A stretch of DNA of 64,000 bases, taken from assembly GCF_009914755.1 (NCBI RefSeq), contig NC_060925.1; one strand, given 5' to 3'. This stretch comes from the human T2T-CHM13v2.0 reference genome, Homo sapiens. The stretch's first letter is position 1. Each line of letters begins with the position of its first letter. Below are positions 18,996 through 57,864 of the stretch, piece after piece. Under the pieces are notes generated by a model, which ran no database searches, was not told the DNA's origin, and saw only the letters and a program-made list of their open reading frames with translations. The translations under genes and the position numbers were made by a program.

Positions 18996-19633
18996 TTCTC
19001 TCCGGGTCTCACGCACTCACTGTCACTATCGGCGCCGCAGCCGCCGCGGCTGTCTAGACCCACCCAAGGCCAACCGAGCTCCTGGGCTGAGGAAGCAGGA
19101 ATGGGAACGAGACGAGTACGCCTGCGCCGGGTCTGAGCGTCAGACACTGCGCCTGCGCAAGTGGGCCGAGCGCAGACATTGCGCCTGCGCAGCAATGCCA
19201 TCGGTTAAAGCGCATGCGCAAGATGAGCTATTGCGGAAGTGAGGGGAGGGAGAGGCCGAGAGAAATTTCGGTACTGCGCATGAACCGAGCGTGACGTTGA
19301 GGTTTGAAATAACCGGCAAAGAGTAAAGGCTGAAACTAGCTTCCTGAAAGCTTCGTAGGGCCCGAGCCCTGTGAGCCCAGGTTCTGCGCCCACTAGGAGG
19401 TGTCATGCTGACTGCTTTTTTTAAAGCCCTAGAATCTTGGCTTCGGCGTTTGGGGTAAGCTCCGTTCTCGTTCTCAAGCGCGTTTCCGCGAACTCTCGCG
19501 GGATTGACGGGCCGTCTCGAGAGCCGGCATCTCCTAGGAGCTAGTCCTGGTCCTCGGCTAGGCGGCTTGGGGTCGCGGCGTAACTGGGGAGCCAGCCTGA
19601 CGCCGGCGGACCCCGCCTGTGATCCTGGCAACG

Positions 19634-34612
<14,979 letters not shown>

Positions 34613-35654
34613 AAAAGGTTTCAAAGTCTCAAGTACCACCTGTATTATCTCACTAATGTGCTATGTCAGCCAGTCAGGAAGTTCTGGTTAATACTAAGAT
34701 TTGTAGGTTATAATCTAGTTCACATAACCAATAGAAAGTGTCCTATTTTATATATACGCATATAAGATTGTAATTTTAAGATGTTTTGTGTCTCAGGGTG
34801 CTACATTCACTCTTGCCTTAGGTATACTGTAACCCAGGTTCTGCCTGTCGTGTATAAGTTTTAGATACTTTTGTTCTTTCTTGCTCTTAAGGATTTTAAA
34901 AACCTGTTAATCTTTTTATTTGTATACTTTCCTAAAAATATTCATATGGGGAATCCTGTCAGGTGTTTGGTTATATTGACTATTTATTAATAGTATTAGA
35001 ACTCATTCCCTGAACTGATGTAAATCTTCATAGTGTCAGACATACTGACCAAAACCACAATCTAGACTACAAAGTATATTGTTTTAGAGTACTCAAATTG
35101 TATTATTTATTAATTTTTTTGTTTGCAAAATCTTAACAGGAACTGTATTTTCTATATTTTAAAGAATTTTATTTGTCCCACTTTTACTAAACAGTGGCAG
35201 CAGATTTTAAGTTAAAGAATATGGAATATAGTAAAATAAGTAAATTTCTTTTGGAATATTTTTAGTAACAAATAGCCACTATAATTCTGTAGGCCAAATT
35301 TTATATTGAGTTTAGCTGTTTTCTCAAAATTTAGCAGAGTGGTTAAAATTCTGTGCTGATAAGTAACTGATACATATAACATAAACATAACAAAGTTGCC
35401 TAGTTGATGTAACAGTGGAAAGTTATCTGGAAATAGTATTTTGAACTTTAAGCCAAGTTTAAAACATTATAATAAAAGGAATACCATTTGTGCATTTTAA
35501 GTAATCTTTTTTAAAAAAAATATTTTCCATGTTATAGGGAAAGGACAAAGAGACTTTTATCAGTTTGCTTTTTGTCTTGTGGCTGTACATGCTGTTGGCA
35601 TAGCCCTAACACAGTTGTTCACAAGTTTTCTTTTTTCTTGTTGCAATTTTCCTT

Positions 35655-36180
35655 CACTTTGTTGTAATACAGGTGCACAAATCTTAAGTGCACAGCTGGG
35701 TAAACTTTTACAGTGTTCACCTGTGTAACTACCACCCGGATCAAGTTAGAGAACACTTCCATTGCCACAGAAGGCTTCCTATAGGTGTCTGTTCCCAGTT
35801 GATACCCATGACCCTCACCACCTCCAGAGGTCCCCACTGTTTTCACCCCATCGTCGCAGATTATTTTTTAATTTTATAATGTAGTATCTTTGTTCCTATG
35901 TATAGCAGGAGTTCATTTTCATTGCTCTTGCATTTGTATGAATATACTAGAATTTATTCATCCATTCTAATGTTAATGGACATTTGAATTATTTCCAGTT
36001 TGGGGCTGTTAAGCATAATGCTGCTAAGAACATTCTTATCTTTTCTGTTGGGTATATATACAGGAATGGAATTGCTGAGTCACGGGGTATATTTCTGTTT
36101 AGCTTTAGTAAATTCTGCCAGTTTACACTCCTACCAGCAATGTATGAGAGTTTTAGTTGTTCACCATTCATAACACTGTT
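35655..36180 (-). mobile_element. Old L1 3' fragment within SPRTN 3'UTR
   Basis: GTGCACAAATCTTAAGTGCACAGC, CAGGAATGGAATTGCTG, CCAGCAATGTATGAGAG antisense L1 motifs. Confidence 0.65.
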
Positions 36181-36252
36181 AGCAGCCCTTTTCGTTTTAG
36201 ACTGGTTGGCTGTTCACAAATTTTGATATTCCTTAAAGCATTAAAACATTTT

Positions 36253-36258
36253 AATAAA
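36253..36258 (+). terminator. SPRTN: Probable distal SPRTN polyadenylation signal (AATAAA; ATTAAA also at 36240; another AATAAA at 35471)
   Basis: Hexamers at the end of the AT-rich 3'UTR, followed by T/GT-rich sequence. Confidence 0.6.
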
Positions 36259-37262
36259 TACTTATAAATAGGTATTAAAATGTATATTATGTTCAATATA
36301 TAGTTATATTTTCATAGAGGATCATTTCTCTAAATGAATGTAACAAATTATGTGTAATTAAATGCTTCCTGAGCCAAAACCACACAAGGTTCTGGGGCTG
36401 TGAAGTAGCTGAGATGGTCCATGTCCTCAAGGAGCTTTACAGCATAGTTGGGGAGTAAGACAAATGCACATTAATCTCCTTAGAGTTTGCTAAGTGCTAT
36501 GACAAGGGTTTTTGCTGGGTGCTGTGGGTAAACTGTAGGAAGAAAAATTAGCTCTGCCCAGGACTTCGGGGGATGTTTCTTGGAGGAGACAACATCCAAA
36601 GTTGAATCATGTAGAGTGAGTCGAGTTAGCCTGGTTAAAGAAGGGTGGGGAAGAACCTTTCAAAGGGAAGAAGGAACACAAAGTCATGTTCCGAGGGAAC
36701 TGAATGCTATTCCAAGTGAATAGAGTAAAATGTGAGGGGCAAAATGGCCAAAGGAGAGATGGCAGATAGGACAGATCTAGCTAAGTAGTACAAGTTTGAG
36801 GCCAGGGATCTCATGTTCCTCACTTTATGTCTGGTTTGTGTGATACCTGCTAATAAGCATCTCTTAATTAAGGTGGGGCTTGGAAAGGCTTATAAGCCAG
36901 TCGAGGACATGTTGAGAAGTGTTTCCAATGGATTTTTCTGGGGACAGCATAGATAAGAGGGGGAAGGGTAGTGGCAGGGAGGGAGAGGAAGAGACAATTT
37001 TTTGAGAAACAGGTAGTAAAGTCAGGAGTTGGTTTCAGGTTCTAGGGAATGATGGAAATAGTTGAGAAAATGGAACTCAATTTGAAATAAGCCTTACTAC
37101 ATCTGTTAAACACTTGAGAAAATTTGCACCCTAAAAATTCTGATATTCCCCCAAATATGTCATTCATAATAGAGACATAGTTTTGTTTCTGTTTAGATTT
37201 TCCCTTTTAAAGCCAACTTCCCAACTTAGAAGCAGAGCTGGTAATTCTGGCTCAATCCTTAA

Positions 37263-38710
<1,448 letters not shown>

Positions 38711-39990
38711 TTAAAGCTTACAGGACTTTAAAATACGAACGTCAAAGTGAAACAACTGATGTACCTGCAAAACTAGCACCTAGCTGGACCCTTTCTGGGT
38801 GCGTGCAGTGTCAGCTCTTTTTATGTTGTGTTTTAAGTTTTTTATCCTGGTATTGCATTAATCGTGATCCAATGGTTTCCTTTTATTCTTCGTCTCAATT
38901 TTTTTTTTGTCCTTAAGGCTACTGTGGACTTTTTAGCAATTTGTTGTAGTTGTTGACTATCGGCATATTCACCAACAGAAGTGAAACTCTTCATATGACA
39001 ATTATAAATTAAAGTGACTAAGGAGTTGAAATTAGAACAGAATGCAATGTGCAGATTAGCTCTGGCTTTTTCCTAGTATCCCATTAGAATGTTAGAAGTT
39101 ATAATGATTACATATTTCATCATCACATATCTTTCGAAATGAAGAGTAGAATCTTAAATGACTCTGGACTGTAGTACAGAAGCAAGGTGCCATTTGTTTT
39201 CTTCAGTACTGGTGCTAAATTTACCAAGATTTACCATCTTGCTTAGTGAACACTAGGTGGTGCTCTTGGTAAGCCAAACTTCTGGCTGAGCCAAGCCAAG
39301 TGGATAAAAGAAACTTGCGACAACTGGAACACTAATTACCAGTTGATTCATAGATAGGAAAGAACAAGTTATGATCTCAAGTTCTGTGAGGGGACACGGC
39401 AGGCCAAGAATGTGTGCTTGTTCAAACAAGGACTGATCTACAGAACACTTTAGTCTCCCTAAACCTGTTTTCAAGCATTTCACCTTTCACTCTAAACATG
39501 TAACATAGTAGTCTCCTGCAAGAAAGAAACTGGTACCCAGACAGGGCAAAACAAGATCATGCTCAACCGGCTATCTATCTTCTAGACAAGGCAAGACCTG
39601 TACTTTTGTACTGTTTCTTATAGTACTCTAAACTATGTCTTTTTGCCTCTACCTGAGAGGTCTGAAAGAGCCAACAGGCAGCTTTTGGATTCTTGGTGTT
39701 AAGTGAATGTTAGGGCTGGGTATTCTCATGTTCCATGGTTATACACCTTTGCAAAAAAAAACACCTGAACACTGACTCTTCTCTATACTTCTGAAGAATC
39801 AAAGTTATAGGTATATTTTCAAGCTAGAATACTCTTGAGACCTAAATCATTTCCAGGTTGTAAGCATTCCTGGTAAACTAAATATATGATAACCTGGATT
39901 TGCATGAAAACTGGGAGGGTATTTTTTTTTTTAAACAAAAGATTTCTCATAGTACTCATATATGTATTTGTACGCCTTTAAAATAATTCA

Positions 39991-40365
<375 letters not shown>

Positions 40366-41264
40366 CTACACACGTCTAAGTGGCTTTATTTTTATATGGA
40401 CCCACATAAGTTTGTTGTTAACACCAAACAGCCACCTTCATGGGATCCATGTGCAGAGGCTGGAGCCCAGCTTCTCCACATGACGTGAGTCACCCGAATT
40501 GTTGGGTTTGTAGATTGGTCTCACTGATGTACGGGATTTCATTGTGCAACTATACCACAAGGGAGCACGTGTGTGTGTCATACTTTCTAACCCTTCGTAA
40601 CTGTTCTGTTCTTGGCTGCTTCCCTACCTTTTTTGCAATGCCCTTCATTATATTTCCACTTGGTCACCTTGTAGCTTAAATTAATTCATCTTTTTCAATT
40701 TCTTTGCTGAGTTACTTCAACTTTTCTCAGCTTCCTCTGTTTTTTCCCCCCCTTTGGTCCATTTTTGTTTTGAGATTTAAATTTCTAATTTCACGTTAAT
40801 TTTTATTTCTGCAAAGGCCTATTTAATTCATACTAGATATTGGTAGTTTTCTTCTGCCTGTGGTTGAGAATTTTCATCAGCTGTAATTGATTCTCATTTT
40901 TTCTTCTAGTAGTTTTTATGGATGTTATCTTCCTTTTTCTGCTCATATTAAAAGGTTTTATTTTCCTTGTCTTGCAAAACCAGTTGGTTCTCTGCAGGCA
41001 GGGACAAGGGGTTTGTGTGGCCGAGTTCCTTGATTCAGGAATGTTCTGTTGATAGAGTTAAATGGTACCAGTTAAGTGCTGGCAGTACATGTGCGAGCCA
41101 CCATACCTGGTCTGTCTTTTCCTTTCTACTGCCACTCTAGGACCCTGCTGCCCCACGTCTTTACCCTCTAGTTTCCACCTGACTCTCAGCCCTCACGAGG
41201 GTTCTGACGCTGGCTCTAGTGTCAGATGTGCTTTTCTCTGCCTCCACGTAAATTGAAGTTTTTT

Positions 41265-41645
<381 letters not shown>

Positions 41646-41699
41646 TTATGGTTTTTGGAAGACTACGATAGAGCTTTAGATTTAGGAAGCAGCCAATAT

Positions 41700-42560
41700 T
41701 CCTTGGAAAACCAGAAACTCAAGTACCTTCCTCTTAAATGTAAACACACAAGCAAGAGGTACCAGACATTTAAGGAAAACTTCTAGCATGAAAGAAAAAA
41801 AATTGAAACAGAAAAAAGTTAAATACTGTATCAATTAAGAGATTATTACATATATTTTCTTAAATTCGAGAACAAAAAAGAGCTCCTGAAATTTAGGAAC
41901 CTGACAACAGACACCATATACTCACCAGAAGAATGGGAAAACAGATGTCCCCAGTCAAGACAGATACACAGTAACTAGAGAAGAAAATAGGTTCAAACCA
42001 GTAGAGGTCCTGCCTGGACAAAGGAGTGCCAGAAAGAGAGAACAGAGAATGGATGGAGAAAATTTAAATGTCCCAAAATGGTGGGGTGATTTTACAGTCT
42101 GCATTCCTAGCACAGAGGTTGACAAGTGGCACACATTAAAGCACACTATAAAACTATGGCGCCCTGGGGATAAGAATATTCTATGAGCTTCCACAAAGAA
42201 AAAGATTACATATAAAGAATCAGAAATAAGAATGGCTTCAGATTTCTCAGTATCTACACACTGGAACCTAGAACCAGTGAGGCAATGCTTTCAAAATTCT
42301 GGAACATGATTTCCAAAGTTACCAATGAAATGTGGTGGTAAAACAAAGATATTGGTCTCAGAAAATTTACCATCCATACATTTCTACAGGAAGTATTAGA
42401 GGGCATGCTCCATTCAGTAAACCAAGAAAGATGAAGACATGGGATCCAGGAAACAGGAGAGCTGACCGAAGAGTGGTGAAGGAAATCTCTAGAACACAGG
42501 TGAAGGGAGACCCAAGAAAGACAGCTGTGCCCCAGGCGTTAAGAGCAACCAGTCCAGATT
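41700..42560 (+). mobile_element. Degenerate L1 ORF1-like / HAL1 fragment
   Basis: AGAATGGCTTCAGATTTCTCA...CAATGCTTTCAAAATTCTG resembles the L1/HAL1 ORF1 C-terminal region. Confidence 0.5.
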
Positions 42561-42997
42561 GGTGCAAGTTAGAAGCCACAGGGAACAAACGAAAAATCAA
42601 GACATTAAGGGAAAAAGTAAGTTGTGGAAGAAAAGTCAAGTCAACATGATTTCCTGTATGTCTCAGCTTTGACTAGCACAGCCATAACAGGAACACGAAC
42701 CTGATCTCGGTTACAGCATAGGAACAGAAGGAAGACCAGGGGAGATGGATGTCTGCTTGCCTATGTGTGGTAGAGATGGTGGAGGAACCTTGGAGAGAGA
42801 TCTGCCGTGTGGAGAAGTTAGGAGAAAATGCCTAACACTGAAAAAAATCAAGAGGCAGCAATCCAATTATATTATTTAAACTAATGGGTGGGGAGATATC
42901 CAAAGAATCATTTAAAACAGTTGACACTTGTTTTCTCAGGGGAAGAATGTGAGGGACTACTTTTTTTTTTTTAATTAAGAATTTTTAAAGGCAATAC

Positions 42998-43290
42998 TTT
43001 TTTTTTTTTTTTTTTTTTGAGACAGAGTCTCATTCTGTTGCCCAGGCTGGAGTGCAATGGCAAAGACTCACCGCAACCTCTGCCTCCCAGGTTCAAGTGA
43101 TTCTCCTGCCTCAGCCTCCTGAGTAGCTGGGACTACAGGTGTGTGTCACCACACCCAGCTAATTTTTGTATTTTTGGTAGAGACTGTGTTTCACCATGTT
43201 GGCCAGGCTGGTCTCGAACTCCTGCCTCAAGTGATCTGCCCGCCTTGGCCTCCCAAAGTGCTGGGATTACAGGCTGAGCACCGTGACCAG
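42998..43290 (-). mobile_element. AluS
   Basis: Poly-T then antisense Alu. Confidence 0.9.
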
Positions 43291-45007
43291 CTGGGACTAC
43301 TGTTTTTCTTAACAACCACAGACAAGTTGATTTAGCCACTCGAACAAAACTAAACAAGGAAAGCTCACACTCAATTCCTGGCTCTCTACCACTTACAAGC
43401 TTTGTGACTGTGAGCAAGTCACTTCTCTGATCCTGTTTTAATTACAAATGGAGACAAAATTTGCTTTGCCTACACTTTGCATGTACTAGGGAAAAAAAAT
43501 GTAAAGGTATTTTGTAGAAGACATTTGGAATAATTTTGGCAGAAAACATCCTAATCTCAATGAAGGCCCTATCTAGTAACTTTCTGACCCCAATGACATC
43601 TTGTTCAGAGCAAAAATTATCAATAATTTTTGACAACTGTTTAGTAATTATTCAATAAAAAGAGCTTTAGCTACTTGCAGCTGTTTAGGCTCTCCCCATC
43701 TTGTGAAGTGGCTGACATTTAGTGTGTTCTACTTATGAAACTATTTCCAGCTCATGAGGCCATGCCCTTCACACATCTCATTGGTCCCATTGGTCCCATG
43801 GTACATACTTGAGCATCGCCATGGTTCAGATAAAATTCAAACCAAAAACATAATCTGAGGGATAAATTCATGACCTGAGAAGTCTAAACAATTATCTTTT
43901 GAAGCAATGGAGACTAGTTACTTCTGAATATTTATAAACTAATTGAAAAAATCCAACATACAATTATGTTATTAGATATGACATAAATATGTATCATTGC
44001 AGTTCATACCCAAATACAGCTCTCTTTCTTGGATCACATGCACTTTTGCACTTTGGGAAAATAATCTGATGAAGTGCCTTGCACCAGTGACTTAATTTAA
44101 ATCTAAGCTATAAAATAAGACCTGTCATTAATAAGACAACACTCCTGCTTCCAAATGATTCACATTTACAACTGATAAAACCGTTAGCTATTCAAAGCTC
44201 ATTGCCCCAATTTTCTCTCTCTGCAATTATGCTATCATATTGTTAAAGGAAAGGGCAATAATCCTCGTTGAAGGCCTACTTTGTTCCATGCATTGTAAGG
44301 TACTTTGCACACTGTATTTCATTTAGGTCTCATACAACTGTTTAAGGTGGAAGATGTGCTTTTTGTATATAAAAAAGCACATCTCAAACTTCATCTCAAA
44401 CTCATTTGCCCTTTACTTCAATCCACCCAGCTATATTTTAGTGTAATTCCCAAATGTTCTAAGAAACGCTGGAAAATAACAAAACACTGTGGAAAATTTT
44501 TCTTTAAATAACAGATATATAAACAGGTATTTTGATCTCACCTTAATAAGAGCTCTCATATTTTAGTTATGACCACACAAATTAAACCTTCTTGCATATA
44601 CACAATGGTACATCTATGACAATTAGAGATAAATGCCTAACCCCACTTCCTTTTGCAGCAGAGGGGTGATACAGATCTGTCAACAGCTATGAATGTTAAA
44701 ATAATTTTAAAAATCCTACTAAAAGGGCAAGAATTCAAGTGCTGAGAATCCAAACAGACTTCATGGATCCCACAGACAGTCCAATGACCCCAGGGATGTT
44801 TCTAAAATTGTTGAACTCCTATGTTTACTGTTCTCTTTCCTTCATTATCATTTACAAAAAGTTATAACAAATGTCCTAGACTAAGCCAGAAAAGCTTTAT
44901 CTGATGAAAGGGATCATTCGGAAAGCCAATGTATGATAAAGGATTGAAAAACAAAAAAGACAGCTGGAAATAACCACCATAATGTTTCAACAACATTTAT
45001 ACATCTT

Positions 45008-45013
45008 TTTAAT
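45008..45013 (-). terminator. EGLN1: Probable distal EGLN1 polyadenylation signal (ATTAAA); ~2.6 kb 3'UTR
   Basis: TTTAAT on +; U/GU-rich downstream element on the - strand (44948-44995). Confidence 0.55.
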
Positions 45014-46659
45014 TAGATTAGCTTTACAAGCAACTTGAGAGCTCTTTCATAATGAAACACTGCTTTTCAAATTACATGACTTTATAGTCTATCTGTATAT
45101 GAATCCTGAAAATCTTTGCCTACTCTTGATAAAGGTCTGTGTTTTACAGCTGGTTAATGTGTTGAATAAAAACAGCATTATGAAGCTTTATCTTTAACCA
45201 GGATTAAACACATATAGGCCACAAACAGTTTTAAATTTTGTTTGAAATAGAGTCCTGCTTGGTGACAAGTTAATAGTCCCACTAACATGAAATGAATGGA
45301 TATTAAATAAATGGCCATCCTGATTTCTTGATCTTTTCACAATGATTCCTAAGAGAGTATATAAACTTTTCCAAAAAATATACAATTTAAGACCTGTCTG
45401 GCAAGCACAACCCACAGATAGTAGAATCTAATACTTTTTACAACTGTAGAGGTACACATTTGAATGACAACAGGGGCTCCCAAATTAAAAGGCTGTGGCT
45501 GTACATTTTGACAATCAAACAAACCTCCCATCAACATAAAACAATTTCTACTAACCCTAAAAAAGATAATGCTTTTGAGTTGTGGCCTAACGCCGCGCAC
45601 TGTACTATAGACCAGATGGCAAAGACAACTTGCGCTCCTGGGTTGGGCTGGCAGAGGCACTTACTGTAGAGATGTGATGTTATCATCTGGAAGGAAGGGG
45701 AGGAAGTAGAACAAAACTGAATATGGGCGAGGAAAAAACAATAAACTATCACTTTCTCCTGCAAATTCTCCTAAGTGAGATCACTATACTGAACATTCAA
45801 TCCCATCCTAAGTCCACTGTTGGCTTCACTACACAATTTTTTTCCATGTTTTACATGAATAGCAATGGCAATCTTTTAATAAAAATTACTGAGCTTCCCA
45901 TAGAAAAGGTCTCAAATTGAATACAAACTATACAGATGCTAAAAATGTCTTAAGTTGAAATATACAGAAAATTTCTGTATACTCACATTTTGGCAAAGAA
46001 GATCAAGGACAGAGATAGAAAACCTAAGTGGGCAAGGTCTTACACCCATAATTCACGCAAAATATGGATACCACCCTTTAGGTTTTGCTAAAAAGCCTAG
46101 GAAAGTGAAGTCTAAGACATCCGTCCCAATTCATTCTTTAAATAACATGTATGTGAGGCCTTGTGTGATTTTCTAATATTCCTTCCTTGTTTAAAAAGTA
46201 AATAAGAAAACCCATGAAACAAAATAAAATTATCTGATTTTGCATCTGTTTTGTTTTTTTCTAAGCTAAGCATCTTTCAGTACAGGTAAGAAGGCTGGCA
46301 TCACATCTGGGAAATGCCTTAACAGATATCTGAGGAGTTACTGCACATTCCGTCAGTAACACCACACTTCAGTTTCAATGTGTACATAATCTCCCCTTGA
46401 TGCTCTTCAACAGAGACAAGGTTCTTGTCTGCAGATCAGATAGATCACAGTATTAGGAAAAAAACATAACAGCAAATTTGGAAGTACAATCAATTTAAGG
46501 AGAAGCAAAAGGAAAAGACTTAGAAATGGGACATTATTGTCTACATCTAGAGGATACATACACCTGAAAGCTTAAGAAAGCCCTTATCTTAGGAACTTGA
46601 AGCTGAGGATAATCTCAAGTTCACTTAGTGCCAGTCACTTTAGTTTTTTAAAAAATTTA

Positions 46660-46890
<231 letters not shown>

Positions 46891-47639
46891 TTAAACTCTT
46901 CTTGTGTCTTTTTCCTTGTAAAACATTAACTAAAAGTTATTGGTAGTAAATGGTGACTGTTTTACAATTAGGTTTCGTTATTGACAATGTCAAAAAAAAA
47001 GCAGCAATCTTTAACAGTTCAAATTAGTGTAAGGAAGGACTACAAAACAATCTGATTTTTCAGTTGTAATTAAAGTGCTCCTTTTCTTATTTTAAGTAAA
47101 ATAAAATTAATCATCAGTCACTGGCAACAATCATTATTAAGAGGTCTTTTAGGGCAAAATTTAATAGTATGAACAGGTTTACAAAAATAGATTGATGTTA
47201 TTTTGAGGAATAATACTGTAATTTTTTCTCAATTCAGTTTAGATAAATTGTACCTAATATAGAAAAATTATCCCAAATTCAAACTTGATATAAAAAAGGG
47301 AGAGATGAAATGAACTCAGCTAGATAACAGATCTGGCAAAATATAAGAATGAAAAAAATTCTACACAGGGCACTTATTTCATATCCAGATGTAAAAACCA
47401 TTTTCAATTAGTAGCTTATCTTCCTCCTGTAAGCAATCACAGATTTGAAGTTGATCATGCAGTACAAAGTCACAGCAGTCAAAATCTTCTGTTTGATGCA
47501 ACACAAAAAGTTGTTTCTGTTTCCTTATTAAAATGCGAACTGGTTGTCTATTTTTCTTTATCCCATTTATTCGTATTCACAAGTTAACAAATAGTTAACA
47601 ATATTGTAGGTGAAGTGGGGTATTGCTGGATCAAAGGCT

Positions 47640-55347
<7,708 letters not shown>

Positions 55348-55748
55348 TTATTAAAGTCCATGTATAAATAAAAAGAGAGAACAGCTAATAAATCAGATCT
55401 CTGATTTTTGGCTACTGATTTACACTTAGATTCTTCTAATAAAAATAATATTTTGTAGATAAGATAAGGCTATTCTACATTAACATTTATAGGGAACACA
55501 AGATAGGTTGATGAACAAGGACTGGTGAATTCTGCTTCACAGTGATAACTCCAAAGATCAGAAAAATTTCTTGGTCCTACTTTGACAATCTTTATAAATA
55601 CAGATAATCAAGATCAAGTACGTTTTTGTCCTGCTCCATGGGAGATTTCAATCTTCCTTGAGCTCACCTCAGAACACCTACTTTACCATCTGATAGGTGA
55701 ACCAACCCAGTCAACACCCCATCTGACACTGTCTCTGAATGGTACCAA

Positions 55749-56601
<853 letters not shown>

Positions 56602-57352
56602 TGAAGTCCTTTATTTCTTCATATAATAAAGTCAATGAATTAGTATAAAGTTATCAAACAGTAACCGAATTGTTCTACTATCATATTAAAAGAAAAATGC
56701 TAATTTTTAAAACTCACTTCCCATCCCTAAGAAACTAAGAGGCATCTTAAACCTAAATCCTTATTTAAAAATCCTGTTTCCCTAGACACTCTGAATTCAC
56801 TGCTCTTTATAAGCAGCAGAATTTTTGGAGAACATTATATATGTCTCTGTTTTTCCTGATTCCAGACAGACTTAACAAGTTCCTTCTTTCAGCACTGGAG
56901 GTTGGTAACAACCAGGAGTGTGGCATGGGCTTAGTGGGTTTAAGTGCTCAATAAATGATGAGCCCAAATGATTTTCTTGTCACTAGCTACCCAGGAAAGA
57001 AGTTTACCTTGAATAGTAACTGTAAGAGGGTACTAATTTAACAATGCAATTACTCCATTTGTGGTTAACTGAAGTAATTATGATGAATTACACAATATAT
57101 TGTTATTCATGGGAAAGAAGGGGGAAACCTGAACTCTACATCTCAAAAAAGTTAATTTGGGCCTTTCCAACTATCTGGTAACTTCAGCATCTCTTGTGTA
57201 AAGAAGGAAGGGGAAAATATTTGTCAGTCACTCACCCCATCACATCCCATATATCCATTTAACAAATACCTCTTGAACATCGACTATGTATATGAAAGGC
57301 ACTGGGGCTAAAACGATGAACCAAAGAGAAAAGGTCCCTTGCACTCATTTAC

Positions 57353-57864
57353 ATAGTCCCTCCTTATAAGAAGTTTTGCTTTCTGTGATTTCAGTTACCT
57401 TTGGTCAACTTAGTCCAAAAAATTTAATAGAAAATTCCAGAAATAAACAGTTTATAAATTGCACACCATTCTGAGTAGTGCACTGAAATACCTTGCAGTC
57501 CTGCCCCGTTTTGCCTGGGATGAATCATCCCTTTGTCCAGCATATCCACACTGTAGATGCTATCCACCCATTAGTCATTTAGTAGCCTTCTAGGTCATCA
57601 GAGCAATCGTCGTGGTACTTGTGTTCAAGGAAACCTTATTTTATTTAATAACAGCTCCAAAGTGCAAGAGTAGCGATGCTGGCATACTGTTATAATTGTC
57701 CTATTTTACTGTTGTTGTTAATCTCTTACTTTATAAATTAAGCTTTATTATAGGTATGTATGTACAGGAAAAAATATAGTATATTAGGATTTGGTACTAT
57801 CCACAGTTTCAGGCATCCACTTGGTCTCGGAAGGTATTGCCCTCAGATAAGAGGGGACTATTGT
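57353..57864. mobile_element. MER44-like (Tigger family) element inserted in an L2 fragment
   Basis: TIRs AGTCCCTCCTTAT / ATAAGAGGGGACT; internal TTTCAGTTACC and GAATCATCCCTTTGTCCAGC. Confidence 0.75.

Noticed and set aside
18996-19016. 7-aa N-terminal extension of EXOC8 (MRETRRE) in the ORF track
   Set aside because: It starts at GTG in weak context right after an in-frame TGA; the ATG at 18995 has a strong Kozak context.
17292-19242. Several + strand and off-frame ORFs overlapping EXOC8
   Set aside because: Antisense or alternate-frame shadows of a GC-rich CDS.
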